From contig CAZYUA010000005.1 of assembly GCA_964650525.1 (NCBI GenBank), positions 48,436-112,435 of the forward strand: a stretch of DNA of 64,000 nt, read 5' to 3'. Made by a program: the position numbers and the translations under genes. Under the pieces are notes generated by a model that searched no databases, was not told where the DNA came from, and worked only from the letters and a program-made list of their open reading frames with translations. This document shows, piece after piece, positions 49,019 through 58,867 of the stretch (its first letter is position 1; each line of letters opens with the position of its first letter). The stretch is from an uncultured Prolixibacteraceae bacterium (GTDB lineage: Bacteria; Bacteroidota; Bacteroidia; Bacteroidales; Prolixibacteraceae).

Positions 49019-50608
49019 ATGAGCAAAAAGAGACTGGTTACCTTGATTCTGATAATGGCATTGGTTTTATCAGGATTAATCCTGGTACAGACCAACAGCA
49101 TTAAAAAAGCTGCCGATATCAGGGAAGAGCAGTTTGACCAGTCTGTAAGGCATGTGTTAACCCAGGTGGTACGGAAATTGGAGGAAAATGAAAGGATGTT
49201 ACTCCTGGAAGAGGAACTGACCAATGTTAATTCCGCCGAATCGTTAGACAGGATTGCTCCTCCCTTTGCAAACATCATCCCCAGAGGGTTGCAAAATGCC
49301 GATTTTTCTCTCTCTTTCAGCTTTTCGAATCAGGCCAGTGTGCTCCAGGAACAGGATTTTCAGCTTACCGACACCCTCACTTCGCTTGAAGCCACAACCC
49401 GCGGAAAACCCGGGGACTTTCCCTCTGCCTTTGACAAACTCCTGGATTACAACCTGCACCAGCAGCAGATGCTTGAAAAAAGGCTCAGCGATAATGTACG
49501 ATCGTACCAAAGGCTTTTTTTCCGCAACCGCCCCATAGAGGAGAGAATCGATGCAGAATTGCTGCAGAAACTGATCAATGGGGAGTTAAACATCCTCGGA
49601 ATTAACCTGGATTACCGTGTTGCGGTGAAAACTTTTTACAGGGGTGAGGAAAAAACTATCTTTCAGAGCAGCGATTACGATGCTTTCAAAAGGAAAAAAG
49701 AGTACCCTCATGTGCTCTTTCCCAACGACATTTATGAGCCTCAACCCAATTATCTGCTGATTTATTTTCCCAAACGATCGGGCTATCTGCTCCGGTCAAC
49801 CGGGATCATGGTAATTCCGACTATCGTTCTTACCGGTCTGCTGATTGCAATTTTCGCCTATACGATCATGGTCATTTTCAGGCAGAAAAAACTCTCGCAA
49901 ATCAAGAACGATTTTATTAATAACATGACCCACGAGCTTAAAACGCCCATTTCAACCATTTCGCTGGCCAGCCAGATGCTGCAGGACGAATCTATTTTCA
50001 ACACACCCAAGACCATTGCCAACATCTCTCAGGTGATCAGCCAGGAGAGCAAGCGGTTAAGTTACCAGGTTGAAAAGGTTCTTCAAACGGCCATATTTAA
50101 TGAAGGACGGCTAAAACTCAAATTCCGGAAATTCGGACTTAACGACCTGGTCAGCAACGTTATCACCAGTTTTGAACTAAGGGTCAGAAACAACAAAGGC
50201 ACGATCCATGTTGTCCTGGACGCAGCAGACGACAGGATGGAAGGGGATGAAGTCCATATTACAAACGTGGTATTCAATTTGCTGGACAATGCCGTCAAAT
50301 ACAGTTCCGGCCCACCGGATATCAGTGTCTCTACCGAATCCAGGAATCATTCCGTAGTATTATCCGTAGCAGACAAAGGGATTGGTATTCCCAAAGAACA
50401 CCAGTCCCAGATTTTTGAAAAATTTTTCAGGGTCCCTACCGGAAATATTCATAACGTGAAGGGCTTCGGGCTGGGATTGAGTTACGTCAAGAAAATTGTG
50501 GATGCCCATAACGGCAAAATTACTGTGGAAAGCAGCCCTAACAAAGGCACGCGATTCAGTATTTACTTTCCAATCGATAATAATGGTAAACATGGAACAA
50601 AAAATTAA
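49019..50608 (+). CDS. sensor histidine kinase (two TM segments flanking an extracytoplasmic domain; HisKA plus HATPase_c)
   Basis: H-box FINNMTHELKTPIS, N-box NLLDNAVKYS, and G-boxes DKGIGIP and GFGLGLSYVKKIV. Confidence 0.88.
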   Translation: MSKKRLVTLILIMALVLSGLILVQTNSIKKAADIREEQFDQSVRHVLTQVVRKLEENERMLLLEEELTNVNSAESLDRIAPPFANIIPRGLQNADFSLSFSFSNQASVLQEQDFQLTDTLTSLEATTRGKPGDFPSAFDKLLDYNLHQQQMLEKRLSDNVRSYQRLFFRNRPIEERIDAELLQKLINGELNILGINLDYRVAVKTFYRGEEKTIFQSSDYDAFKRKKEYPHVLFPNDIYEPQPNYLLIYFPKRSGYLLRSTGIMVIPTIVLTGLLIAIFAYTIMVIFRQKKLSQIKNDFINNMTHELKTPISTISLASQMLQDESIFNTPKTIANISQVISQESKRLSYQVEKVLQTAIFNEGRLKLKFRKFGLNDLVSNVITSFELRVRNNKGTIHVVLDAADDRMEGDEVHITNVVFNLLDNAVKYSSGPPDISVSTESRNHSVVLSVADKGIGIPKEHQSQIFEKFFRVPTGNIHNVKGFGLGLSYVKKIVDAHNGKITVESSPNKGTRFSIYFPIDNNGKHGTKN

Positions 50609-51281
50609 GCTTCTGTTAGCCGAGGACGATGAAAACCTTGGGCTTTTGCTAAAGGAATACCTGATCGCCAAAGGGTATGAAGCAGTGCTCTACCCTGACG
50701 GGGAAGCGGCATTTAAAGGATTTACAAAAGAACATTTTGATATCTGCATACTGGATATTATGATGCCCAAAAAAGACGGATTTACCCTGGCCCGGGAAAT
50801 CAGGATGATTTCTGCCGACATTCCGATTCTCTTTCTGACTGCCAAAAACCTGAAAGACGATGTCATCGAAGGATTCAAACTCGGGGCTGACGATTACATC
50901 ACCAAACCCTTCAGCATGGAGGAACTGATATTCAGGATTGAAGCCGTGTTACGCCGGGCAGTTCCCGAATCACAAAATATGGGGCAGCTGATCTACAAAC
51001 TGGGCAGGTACACCTTCGATGCCCGGAAACAAACCTTATCCAGGGAAGAAGAAGTGGTTAAACTGACTACCAAGGAAGCGGAATTGCTCCGGTTGCTTTG
51101 CCAGAACACCAACAAGGTGCTTGAAAGGAATTTTGCCCTTAAATCAATCTGGATTGATGACAACTATTTCAATGCCCGCAGTATGGATGTGTACATCACC
51201 AAATTGAGAAAACACCTGAAGGACGAACCTTCAGTGGAGATTATCAATGTTCACGGAAAAGGGTACAAACTGATCATGTAG
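50592..51281 (+). CDS. OmpR-family response regulator
   Basis: Receiver LLAEDDENL...DICILDIMMPKKDG...LTAK plus a winged-helix C-terminus (LTTKEAELLRLL...VHGKGYKL). Start chosen at ATG 50592 (MEQKIK), overlapping the kinase stop. ATG 50583 is also possible. Confidence 0.88.
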   Translation: MEQKIKLLLAEDDENLGLLLKEYLIAKGYEAVLYPDGEAAFKGFTKEHFDICILDIMMPKKDGFTLAREIRMISADIPILFLTAKNLKDDVIEGFKLGADDYITKPFSMEELIFRIEAVLRRAVPESQNMGQLIYKLGRYTFDARKQTLSREEEVVKLTTKEAELLRLLCQNTNKVLERNFALKSIWIDDNYFNARSMDVYITKLRKHLKDEPSVEIINVHGKGYKLIM

Positions 51282-51388
51282 CCGGGAACGGAAGCCTGCA
51301 GCATTCTGGTTTCTCCTGTCTGGTGCAGCTATCAAACCGGCTTTTCCCAGGCATCAGCAACGAATAAGGATAGCATGATCCCATTTTT

Positions 51389-53176
51389 TTAGTCTATCTT
51401 CAGCACAGCCAGAAAAGCTTTTTGAGGAACTTCCACATTGCCAATCTGCTTCATTCTTTTCTTTCCTTTTTTCTGTTTTTCGAGTAATTTCCGTTTGCGG
51501 GTGATATCACCACCGTAGCATTTGGCAGTAACATCCTTTCGAACAGCTTTTACGGTTTCGCGTGCGATGATTTTAGCGCCGATGGCTGCCTGGATGGCTA
51601 CATCGAATTGTTGCCTCGGAATCAGTTCCTGTAATTTCTCACACATCTTCCTGCCAAACGCATAGGCATTGTCGAAATGGATCAGTGTAGAAAGGGCATC
51701 CACCATTTCGCCGTTCAGCAGAATATCCAGTCTCACCAGCCGGGCTGGCCGGTAATCCAGAATGTGGTAATCGAAGGAGGCAAATCCCCGGGAAATGCTC
51801 TTCAGTTTGTCATAAAAGTCGAACACGATCTCACCCAGCGGCATATCGAAAATCAGTTCAACCCTTTCAGACGTCAGGTAGCTCTGGGTAATCAGGTTTC
51901 CCCGTTTATCCAGGCACAGGGTCATGATCGATCCGATGTATTCTGCAGCAGTGATAATATTGGCTCTTATGTAGGGTTCTTCCACGCTGTCAATCAGGGT
52001 GGGGGCCGGCATGCCCGAGGGATTGTACACCCTGACGGTTTCACCGCTTGTCAGGTCCACTTGATAGGATACGTTCGGTACTGTAGTGATGACATTCATG
52101 TCGAATTCCCGTTCCAGTCTCTCCTGGATGATCTCCATGTGGAGGAGGCCCAGGAAGCCGCACCGGAATCCAAAACCCAAAGCCATGGATGATTCCGGTT
52201 CGAAAGTCAGGGAAGCATCATTCAACTGGAGTTTCTCCATTGCATTCCGGAGATCCTCATATTCGTCGGCATCGATGGGATAAACCCCCGCAAATACCAT
52301 TGGTTTCACCTCCTCAAATCCCTCGATGGCTGCATCGCACGGTCTTTTAACATGGGTGATGGTATCCCCGACCTTGACTTCCCGGGCTGCTTTGATGCCG
52401 GAGATAATATATCCCACATCACCGGCCCGGAGGACCTCCCGCGATTCCAGTCCCAGTTTCAGCACTCCCACATCATCGGCCAGATACTCTTTTTTCGTGG
52501 CTACAAATTTCACATAGTCCCCTTTCCTGATCTCGCCGTTGATGACTTTAAAATAGGCAATCACACCACGGAAGGTATTGAATACCGAATCAAAAATCAG
52601 AGCCTGCAACGGGGCATCCGGATCCCCTTTCGGAGGGGGTATTCTTTCAATGATCCTCCGCAGAATCAGTTCTACCCCCATGCCGGTCTTGCCGCTTGCT
52701 TCTATAATGTCATCATGGTCACATCCAATGAGATCGACAATCTGTTCGGATACGATATCGGGCATGGCCGTTTCCATGTCCATTTTATTCATCACCGGTA
52801 TGATCTCCAGGTCGTTCTCCAAAGCCAGGTATAAGTTAGAAATAGTCTGTGCCTGGATTCCCTGCGTTGCGTCGATGATCAGCAGGGCTCCTTCGCAGGC
52901 CGCTATAGAACGGGAGACTTCGTACGAAAAATCCACATGCCCCGGGGTATCAATCAGGTTTAGCCTGTAGGTCTGACCATCCAGTTCGTATTCCATCTGT
53001 ATGGCATGGCTTTTTATGGTAATACCCCGCTCCTGCTCAAGGTCCATACTATCAAGAACCTGGTCGTGCATATCTCTGTCCGATATCGTATGGGTGATCT
53101 GAAGCAACCGGTCGGCAAGGGTGCTTTTGCCATGATCGATATGGGCGATGATACAGAAATTGCGGAAATTATTCAT
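51389..53176 (-). CDS. lepA: translation elongation factor 4
   Basis: [27 protein letters not shown] and NKMD GTPase boxes, plus a LepA-specific C-terminal region. 595 aa. Confidence 0.95.
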   Translation of the reverse strand: MNNFRNFCIIAHIDHGKSTLADRLLQITHTISDRDMHDQVLDSMDLEQERGITIKSHAIQMEYELDGQTYRLNLIDTPGHVDFSYEVSRSIAACEGALLIIDATQGIQAQTISNLYLALENDLEIIPVMNKMDMETAMPDIVSEQIVDLIGCDHDDIIEASGKTGMGVELILRRIIERIPPPKGDPDAPLQALIFDSVFNTFRGVIAYFKVINGEIRKGDYVKFVATKKEYLADDVGVLKLGLESREVLRAGDVGYIISGIKAAREVKVGDTITHVKRPCDAAIEGFEEVKPMVFAGVYPIDADEYEDLRNAMEKLQLNDASLTFEPESSMALGFGFRCGFLGLLHMEIIQERLEREFDMNVITTVPNVSYQVDLTSGETVRVYNPSGMPAPTLIDSVEEPYIRANIITAAEYIGSIMTLCLDKRGNLITQSYLTSERVELIFDMPLGEIVFDFYDKLKSISRGFASFDYHILDYRPARLVRLDILLNGEMVDALSTLIHFDNAYAFGRKMCEKLQELIPRQQFDVAIQAAIGAKIIARETVKAVRKDVTAKCYGGDITRKRKLLEKQKKGKKRMKQIGNVEVPQKAFLAVLKID

Positions 53177-53217
53177 GGACCTCCTGATTTGGCATGGAAA
53201 AATCGCGTCAAATATAT

Positions 53218-53766
53218 TTAATTTTCAGATCCCTGACGGCTGTTGTCGGGAGAATACGGAGGATGCTCCCGGATCATGGATATCAGCAAGACAGCAAATT
53301 GGTGTGCCCAGGCGTGCCCCTGGCTCCATTCACTGGCTCTGGGGCCTGCACAATGCAGGATTCTGATCCGGTTTCTGGTGATCCAGTCTGCAACCTGACG
53401 GACCTGCTCTTTGAATCCTACGGTGGTGGGTTCAATCCGGACTGTTTGGCAGGGTTTACCCATTGATACTGCAATCTGCAACGTAAGCAGGGTTCCTGCC
53501 GCAGGCTCCCTGTCGGTAAGGATCAACGTGCCATCAGAATCCCTGACATTGCAGTAGGTCCTGTCGGCATAGCCCCCCGTATCGAGTTCCGAGACCGGAT
53601 ATTGAAGCGGAATCATCCCGTCTTCAGCCTGCCGGCCGGCAGGACACCATCCCCCGCAGGTAAAGCTGACTTCCAGAGCCCCATCGAGAAATCCCCGGTC
53701 AACCCCCGTTTGACCTCCCGTCACAATTTTATGGCACGAAATTTGTAAATTACCTCTTGTTGCCAA
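53218..53766 (-). CDS. SLOG-superfamily protein of the putative molybdenum-carrier type
   Basis: [31 protein letters not shown] and [16 protein letters not shown] blocks resemble the family annotated as putative molybdenum carrier. There is no ATG upstream of the conserved N-terminal motif, so the start must be TTG (53766) or GTG (53724). Lies 41 nt upstream of lepA on the same strand. Confidence 0.55.
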   Translation of the reverse strand: MATRGNLQISCHKIVTGGQTGVDRGFLDGALEVSFTCGGWCPAGRQAEDGMIPLQYPVSELDTGGYADRTYCNVRDSDGTLILTDREPAAGTLLTLQIAVSMGKPCQTVRIEPTTVGFKEQVRQVADWITRNRIRILHCAGPRASEWSQGHAWAHQFAVLLISMIREHPPYSPDNSRQGSEN

Positions 53767-53886
53767 TTTTGAGAAAAAAAATCAAAGCCATGAAAACAAT
53801 TCTCAAATTTAGCCGTTTTAAGTAAAATGAACTTCATCAGCCCAGTGCTGTTTTTTCATAAGTTTGGTTTAGTTAGGTTTAGTTGG

Positions 53887-53916
53887 ATCCCGGGGCAGAG
53901 GCCCCGGGATTTTTTA
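53887..53916 (+). terminator. terminator-like hairpin 1 in the SLOG / TonB-dependent receptor intergenic region
   Basis: Perfect 10-bp stem atcccggggc (53887-53896) / gccccgggat (53901-53910), loop agag, then ttttt. The T-run is on the plus strand only. Confidence 0.6.
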
Positions 53917-53921
53917 TGCCT

Positions 53922-53950
53922 GGAGGTGAAACAACCTCCCCGGTTTTTTA
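53922..53950 (+). terminator. terminator-like hairpin 2
   Basis: 6-bp stem ggaggt (53922-53927) / acctcc (53934-53939), then ccgg and tttttt (53944-53949). It is weaker than hairpin 1. Confidence 0.35.
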
Positions 53951-54103
53951 CGGAGGAGCCCTTCCTGTTGCAGGAATACCAGGCTTTTTACCTGCGGGAA
54001 AGCCTCTGTTATACCGGGCTTTTCAATAATTATTGTAGATTTACCTCTGGGTTTACATTCAATAATCCGGCTTCCGGCATAAGACCGGTGGGCAACCGTC
54101 CCG

Positions 54104-56533
54104 ATGCAAACAACAACAACACGCATAGCATACAGGAGAACCCTGTTTTTTCTCTTTCTGGTGATGGTTTTTCCGGAAGGGAGAGTTTTGGGCCAGCAGA
54201 TTGCCATTGTCGATCGCTTGTCGGGTAAACCAATTGAGGGAGTGGTTGTTACCTCCGGAAACAGGGCTGTTCAGAGTGATCCGGAAGGATGGGTAATCCT
54301 GGACCTGTTTCCGGAGACCAGCACCCTGGTTTTCCGTCACCCTTCTTATCAGGTATACAAGACATCCAGACAACGGATCAGGGAAACCGGGTTGACCGTC
54401 AAACTGGACGAATCTCCCCTCAAACTCCATGAAATCGTTGTTTCGGTGAACCGCTACGAACAATCAGGGGCCGACATCCCCCAAAAGGTCGACCGGATTG
54501 GCCAGGAAGAGATTTCCCGGCAGCATCTGCCCACTATGGCAGAAGTTGCCGGTTTGAGTGCGGAGGTGTTTGTACAGAAAAGCCAGCAGGGAGGGGGCAG
54601 CCCCATGATGAGGGGTTTTTCTGCCAACAGACTGCTGCTGGTTGTTGACGGGATTAGGATGAACAACGCTCTCTTCCGGAGTGGAAACCTGCAAAACATC
54701 GTATCTGTTGATACCTGGTCACTGGAAAGTATCGAAGTGATTCCCGGGCCCGGTACAGTCATTTACGGCAGTGATGCCCTGGGGGGAGTGCTGAGTATGA
54801 GCACGCTCAAGCCGAGACTCAGTACAGGTTCTCTTCCGGTTTGGGATAACTTCTTTGTGGTTCGCACCTCGTCGGCCAGCAGGGAAAAAACAGCCCACCT
54901 GAGAGGCAGCACCGGAAATTCCCGCTGGGGATTCCTGGTTAACGGCACCCTGCAGGATTTCGGTGATCTGAAAATGGGAACAAAGGGCCCGGAAGAATAC
55001 CTCCGGAAAGAATATGTGTTCGGAAAACCTTTCTCCGGCAGGGATTCCATCGTCGTTAATCCCACTCCCGAGAGACAAATCCACTCGGGTTACCATCAGG
55101 TCAACCTCATGTCGAAAGGCAGGTTCAAACCCTCCGACCGGCTGGACCTTAATGCCGGCGCTATTTTTTCGCGAATGTCGGAGGTTCCCCGCTACGACCG
55201 GTTAATCGTTACCCGCAACAACCATCTCCGGTACGGAGAATGGTATTATGGTCCCCAAATCTGGTCGCTATTCTCTCTTTCAGCCGATTATGCTTCTCAC
55301 CACCCGCTTGCCGACGGAATTACCCTCATTATTGCCATGCAACAGTACCGGGAGAGCCGCAATGATCGGAACTTCAACGATTCCCTGCTTTACCGTAGAA
55401 AGGAAAAAGTGAACGTGTACACACTCAACATGGACTTCCGCAAGCAACTCGAAAAAAAAGCAACGCTGGCCTATGGGCTGGAAGCATCCATGAACGTCAT
55501 CCGCTCCCATGGACAGATGGTAAACCTTTTATCGGATCACCGGCAGGAAATCGTACCACGCTACCCGGACCAATCAACTTACAGGACAGTGGCAAGCTAT
55601 TTAAGCAGCCGGTACAATCTGACATCTGACCTGTTTTTTCAGGCAGGAATCCGTTCTACCTGTACCTGGTCTGATGGCAACTTCCCTTACCGGCTTTATC
55701 AGTTTCCTTTCGAATCGTTCAATAACAGAAGTTTTGCTGTCAATGGCAATGCAGGGCTGGTGTATCATCCCACTCCCTTATGGCAGGTTAACCTGCTTGC
55801 GTCCTCCGGATTCAGAGCCCCGAACATGGACGACATGGCCAAGGTCTTCGATTCTGCACCCGGAAATGTCGTGGTTCCCAATCCCGGTTTAAAACCGGAA
55901 TATGCCCGAAATCTTGAAGCCAGGATCCTCAATCGCTTCGGAAACAAACTAAAAATGGAAACGGTAGTATTCTATACCCATTTGAAGAATGCCATGGTAC
56001 GACGGCCTTTCACCTTTAATGGGCAGGATTCGGTATTATATAATGGGATCCTGAGCAAGGTGGAAGCCCTGGTCAATACCGGTTTTGCCAATGTTTACGG
56101 GGGAACTGCAGAACTTGAATACCTGCCGGCCACTTTTCTGAAGGTCACCCATTCGTTTACCCTGATCCGGGGCTTCGATTCGGACAGGACTCCTATGCGC
56201 CATGTCCCTCCGGTATACGGACATTCAGCCGTTAGGTTTGTGCGGAATAACTGGTTCGCGGAAATCCTGGCCCGTTACAATGGAGCCGTTCCCTTCGACC
56301 GACTATCCTCGGAGGAACGCGACAAACCCTACCTTTATATTCCCGACAAAAACGGAAATCCATACTCCCCGGGGTGGTTCATCCTCGATCTCAGGGCTTC
56401 AGTTACCCTTCTCCGGAATATGAACCTTTCTGCTGGTACCGGGAATCTGTTCAACAGGCGGTACAGGCCCTATTCGTCAGGAATTGCTGCTCCCGGAAGA
56501 GATTGGCTGATTTCACTTTCAGGCCGGTTTTAA
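54104..56533 (+). CDS. TonB-dependent outer-membrane receptor with N-terminal carboxypeptidase-regulatory-like domain
   Basis: Signal peptide, then an IAIVDRLSGKPIEGVVV CarbopepD_reg-like fold, plug blocks (GGGSPMMRGFSANRLLLVVDGIRMNN, IEVIPGPGTVIYGSDALGGV), and a beta-barrel ending in a terminal Phe (LSGRF). No SusD-like gene follows. Confidence 0.88.
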   Translation: MQTTTTRIAYRRTLFFLFLVMVFPEGRVLGQQIAIVDRLSGKPIEGVVVTSGNRAVQSDPEGWVILDLFPETSTLVFRHPSYQVYKTSRQRIRETGLTVKLDESPLKLHEIVVSVNRYEQSGADIPQKVDRIGQEEISRQHLPTMAEVAGLSAEVFVQKSQQGGGSPMMRGFSANRLLLVVDGIRMNNALFRSGNLQNIVSVDTWSLESIEVIPGPGTVIYGSDALGGVLSMSTLKPRLSTGSLPVWDNFFVVRTSSASREKTAHLRGSTGNSRWGFLVNGTLQDFGDLKMGTKGPEEYLRKEYVFGKPFSGRDSIVVNPTPERQIHSGYHQVNLMSKGRFKPSDRLDLNAGAIFSRMSEVPRYDRLIVTRNNHLRYGEWYYGPQIWSLFSLSADYASHHPLADGITLIIAMQQYRESRNDRNFNDSLLYRRKEKVNVYTLNMDFRKQLEKKATLAYGLEASMNVIRSHGQMVNLLSDHRQEIVPRYPDQSTYRTVASYLSSRYNLTSDLFFQAGIRSTCTWSDGNFPYRLYQFPFESFNNRSFAVNGNAGLVYHPTPLWQVNLLASSGFRAPNMDDMAKVFDSAPGNVVVPNPGLKPEYARNLEARILNRFGNKLKMETVVFYTHLKNAMVRRPFTFNGQDSVLYNGILSKVEALVNTGFANVYGGTAELEYLPATFLKVTHSFTLIRGFDSDRTPMRHVPPVYGHSAVRFVRNNWFAEILARYNGAVPFDRLSSEERDKPYLYIPDKNGNPYSPGWFILDLRASVTLLRNMNLSAGTGNLFNRRYRPYSSGIAAPGRDWLISLSGRF

Positions 56534-56659
56534 ACGTAAAATCTGCAAAAATGAGCGTTTGGAGAGGTCGCGCCCATCCGTATGTAAAAAAATTTCGTTG
56601 GTGGATAAAAAAAAAGGTCAACTTGCGATTATATCATCTAAAAAGTATAATTTGGCAAT

Positions 56660-56789
56660 AATTATTGTAACAGGCCGTTATTTTCCGGCAGGAAGAATAA
56701 ATTATCAGGCTGAAAAAGCAAAGATCAATCAATTCGGTAATTCCTGCCGTTCCCGGAGGCTGTCCTGCAAAGACAGCCTCCTTTTTTTT
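56660..56789 (+). ncRNA. candidate small RNA or structured 3' UTR ending in a strong terminator
   Basis: AT-rich tataat-like box at 56646-56651. 9-bp long-range stem cggcaggaa (56686-56694) / ttcctgccg (56741-56749), then the terminator at 56755-56789. No convincing ORF. The 5' end is a guess. Confidence 0.3.
56755..56789 (+). terminator. strong rho-independent terminator about 220 nt downstream of the TonB-dependent receptor stop
   Basis: 10-bp stem ggaggctgtc (56755-56764) / gacagcctcc (56772-56781), loop ctgcaaa, followed by eight T (56782-56789). Confidence 0.8.
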
Positions 56790-57070
56790 ATCAGCCCCGG
56801 ACAGGGTTCCAGGACTACAACCAGCGGCTCGCACGACTCGGAAAATACCAATACCAGGAAGTACCCCCTGCCCGATTGTTAACAAGTTCATACTTTTCAA
56901 CCGCTTCGGCAGGAATATTGGGTATCAGAACCTGCTAGCCATTTCCCCGGTATCCCCGGATGCAGAGCCGGGGTAACCTATTTTGCAGCAGTGCAATTTC
57001 AGGCTTCAGATCAGGGTGCCCTGAGGTTAGCCATTGGGTATTGCGGGGATACCAATCACCTCCTGAGCAG

Positions 57071-57697
57071 TTATAAAATTCGGATCCTGATATCTCTCCA
57101 GTACACTTTTATTCCCCCTCCGTCGTGAATCTGCAAGGCAACCGCACCCTTCCCCCTGCCTATCTTTTCGTCGGCCAGGTCTGCCATCAGGGTGCCATTC
57201 AGCCAGGTGGTCACCTGATTGCCGACAACCTTTATGCGAAGGTCATTCCACTTACCCATTTTCAAAATATGCTCTTTTCCTTCCGGAATCGTAACCAGCC
57301 AGCCCCTGCCATAAGACTCATAAATCCCTCCCGTATCTTTTCCGGGCGGAGCTACTTCCACCTGCCAACCCGACACTCTGGTCCCTTCGAAGGATGAACG
57401 GAAAAACACTCCGCTGTTTCCATCGGCAGCCTGACGAAATTTCAGCTTCAGTTCGAAATTGTCGAAATCCCTGACAGTGGACAGGTAACCATACGCCTTG
57501 TCTGCCCCGCTTTCACAAACCAGGAGGCCCCGCTCAACAAACCACTGTTCCGTTCCATGGATCATCCACCCATCCAGATTTTTCCCGTTGAAAAGCTTTT
57601 CAAAATCCCCTTTTTGTGCTGGGGCAAAAAAAGCCACTAAAACAGCTACAAGTAAAATGATTCCTCTTTTCATCGCCTGAGACACTATATTATACAT
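57071..57697 (-). CDS. DUF1080 (3-keto-disaccharide hydrolase-like, LamG fold) secreted protein
   Basis: Signal peptide. FNGKNLDGW, NSGVFFRS, GWQVEV, and a C-terminal GAVALQIHDGGGIKVYWRDIRIRIL typical of DUF1080. Confidence 0.75.
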   Translation of the reverse strand: MYNIVSQAMKRGIILLVAVLVAFFAPAQKGDFEKLFNGKNLDGWMIHGTEQWFVERGLLVCESGADKAYGYLSTVRDFDNFELKLKFRQAADGNSGVFFRSSFEGTRVSGWQVEVAPPGKDTGGIYESYGRGWLVTIPEGKEHILKMGKWNDLRIKVVGNQVTTWLNGTLMADLADEKIGRGKGAVALQIHDGGGIKVYWRDIRIRIL

Positions 57698-57931
57698 TAT
57701 TAAAACGATTCAAAGGTCCAGCGCCACCAGCTTTCTGTCTGCTACGGGGCTATTTCAGACTGTTACAGAGCTGCCAAAATCCTCCTGGTGCATCTTTTAC
57801 CGGCTGCCAGGAAGCCGGGGAAGACCCCCTGTGTGGTAACTGCCGGATTGCGGAACCCTACCCTGCCTGCCAGGGTGTCACCGGTTTCAAACTTCCAGGC
57901 TAACAGAAAAAGAGCACAGGATTTCGCAGGG

Positions 57932-58867
57932 TTACACGAGGATTTTCGTCGCCAGGTTGGATATGCTCGACTCAATGGCTTCAAAGGGTTTCCCGTCAAG
58001 GGTGCTGTCCTGCTCTACAATCATGTATTTCATGCCAGCCAGCTCTTTGACAGCAAGGATAGCTCTGAAGTCGATCAAACCGGCACCTACCGGTGCAAAA
58101 TCAGTAACTCCGTCAGTCGTGAAAAAAGGTTCTTCGCGGGTGAACATATCCTTCAGATGGAACAACTCAAACCTGCCCGGATAGCGTTGGATGATGTCAA
58201 CAGGATTCCGTCCTGCCTTAGTGACCCAGAACATATCCAGTTCCATGGTGACAAGTGCCGGATCGAGATCCGCCATAAAGACATCAAAATAAGGAATCTG
58301 TCCCTCGACAGTGGCAAACTCGAAATTGTGATTATGGTATCCGAAGCGGATACCGTTTTCTTTCATGATGGCACCCACCTGGTTCCAGTCTGCGGCCATT
58401 TTCCTGTAGCTATCCAGGGTTGTGCGCGCCTCCTCAACCACCCAGGGCTGGACACAATACTGAACCCCCAGTCTGGCATGGTCTTCCGCCATTTTTTTTG
58501 CATTCTCGAGGGTAATGCCCCGTGCTTCTACTTGCGTGTGGCTGCTCAGAATCTCCATTCCCAGGTCTTCCACCATCTTCCGGAACTCCCCGGGTTCATA
58601 ACCATAAAATGTACCGTCGGCATAGCCTGCCAGTTCCAGGTATTTGTATCCCATGTCTGATACCCGCTGCAGAGAACCGGCAACATCGGCATCCATCGCA
58701 TCACGGATGGTATAAAGCTGAAGACCTATCCCGAAGCTTCTCGGATCTGCGGATGCCACCTTGCCTCCCCCCTTATTTCTACAGGAAAATTGGGATAGCA
58801 GGAGTGCTCCCATGGCTCCTGCAGCTGAAATTTTCAAAAATTCCCTCCTTGACTTTTGTGTTTTCAT
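57932..58867 (-). CDS. xylose-isomerase-like TIM-barrel protein (sugar phosphate isomerase/epimerase family) with Tat signal
   Basis: Twin-arginine motif SRREFLKISAAGAMGALL. YKYLELAG, GYHNHNFEF and MIVEQD blocks of the AP-endonuclease-2/xylose-isomerase-like TIM family. Confidence 0.75.
   Translation of the reverse strand: MKTQKSRREFLKISAAGAMGALLLSQFSCRNKGGGKVASADPRSFGIGLQLYTIRDAMDADVAGSLQRVSDMGYKYLELAGYADGTFYGYEPGEFRKMVEDLGMEILSSHTQVEARGITLENAKKMAEDHARLGVQYCVQPWVVEEARTTLDSYRKMAADWNQVGAIMKENGIRFGYHNHNFEFATVEGQIPYFDVFMADLDPALVTMELDMFWVTKAGRNPVDIIQRYPGRFELFHLKDMFTREEPFFTTDGVTDFAPVGAGLIDFRAILAVKELAGMKYMIVEQDSTLDGKPFEAIESSISNLATKILV

Noticed and set aside
50496-50591. 32-codon N-terminal extension of the response-regulator ORF
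   Set aside because: It lies wholly inside the histidine-kinase 3' end. The receiver domain begins right after the ATG at 50592.
53767-54103. Riboswitch (cobalamin, TPP or Moco) upstream of the TonB-dependent receptor
   Set aside because: I could find no B12 box (GCCACTG core) and no TPP CUGAGA/ACCUGA elements. I cannot recall the Moco motif well enough to test it. Only generic hairpins are visible. An Rfam scan is needed before any claim.
53827-54228. 133-aa plus-strand ORF spanning the intergenic hairpins and the receptor start
   Set aside because: It reads through two terminator hairpins, overlaps the receptor N-terminus out of frame, and has an implausible composition.
56551-56661. 36-aa highly basic, Trp-rich small ORF (MSVWRGRAHPYVKKFRWWIKKK...) after the receptor gene
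   Set aside because: Its composition reflects the A-rich spacer (poly-A runs read as Lys). There is no hydrophobic segment for a type I toxin and nothing to compare it with. I treat it as non-coding.
57788-58660. 290-aa plus-strand ORF
   Set aside because: It lies antisense and in phase with the Tat-signal TIM-barrel gene. The minus-strand product has a clean SRREFLK signal and family blocks, and the plus-strand product has none.
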